Shown here: piece after piece, positions 5,342 to 5,636 of the stretch | Layout of the letters: each line of letters begins with the position of its first letter | Numbering within the stretch: position 1 is the stretch's first letter | From: Candidatus Heimdallarchaeota archaeon | Lineage (GTDB): Archaea; Asgardarchaeota; Heimdallarchaeia; JABLTI01 | Length of the DNA stretch: 5,636 bases | Reading direction: 5' to 3' | Assembly: GCA_030614005.1 (NCBI GenBank) | Contig: JAUWKS010000111.1 | Location: 1 to 5,636, forward strand | Made by a program: the position numbers and the translations under genes | Notes under the pieces: model-generated | Database searches by the model: none | Seen by the model: only the letters and a program-made list of their open reading frames with translations | What the model was told of the DNA's origin: nothing

Positions 5342-5636
5342 ATGGCATTAGTTAATCCTGAAACATCTATCATCTTTGTTTATATATCATTCTTCTACAA
5401 TTCTTTACTAGCTATCAAACTAATATATGATACATTTGCAGGAAAGGTTGAAAAAAACAAAATCGCGTGGAATCTAATATCTGCTTGCTTAATTTTTGCT
5501 GGTACTATTCTCATGTTTATTTGGTTCCCTCGTGCGTTTACTCCTGATATTGGATGGGATGCATTCATTGGAATTATCTTACTATTCGTGAATAATCTTG
5601 TTGCAACGATTTTAGCTTTTATGAATCGAATCGAGG
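5342..5636 (+). CDS. Multi-pass membrane protein of unknown function, 3'-partial (98 codons visible; not in the ORF track)
   Basis: The frame is open to the window end: MALVNPETSIIFVYISFFYNSLLAIKLIYDTFAGKVEKNKIAWNLISACLIFAGTILMFIWFPRAFTPDIGWDAFIGIILLFVNNLVATILAFMNRIE. It has three hydrophobic helices with short loops and an upstream TATA-like box. Confidence 0.75.
   Translation, partial: MALVNPETSIIFVYISFFYNSLLAIKLIYDTFAGKVEKNKIAWNLISACLIFAGTILMFIWFPRAFTPDIGWDAFIGIILLFVNNLVATILAFMNRIE

Noticed and set aside
1-5636. CRISPR arrays, tRNA/rRNA, IS elements, tandem repeats
   Set aside because: No regularly spaced repeats, cloverleaf motifs, transposase or integrase motifs, or terminal inverted repeats were seen. 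The two degV genes are too diverged to be a recent DNA repeat.

Overview
AT-rich, gene-dense window of probable archaeal origin, most plausibly Asgard (Heimdallarchaeia-like). This is inferred from archaeal TATA boxes at canonical spacing, a Get3-type ATPase and a TRAP-beta-like protein. The window has two divergent blocks. The minus strand carries a TRAP-beta (SSR2)-like single-pass glycoprotein, a Get3/TRC40-type ATPase and a 3'-truncated TatD. The plus strand carries two diverged DegV/FakB fatty-acid-binding proteins, a HAD phosphatase and an unlisted multi-pass membrane ORF that runs off the window end. The most interesting signal is a candidate proto-ER membrane-protein insertion pair (TRAP-beta-like next to Get3), placed back-to-back with a bacterial-type acyl-handling cassette across an intergenic region containing a candidate palindromic operator. 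TatD breaks off abruptly at a strong AGGAG-ATG junction near the left edge. No RNA genes, CRISPR arrays or clear mobile elements were seen. All family assignments come from motif recognition by eye, with no database search.
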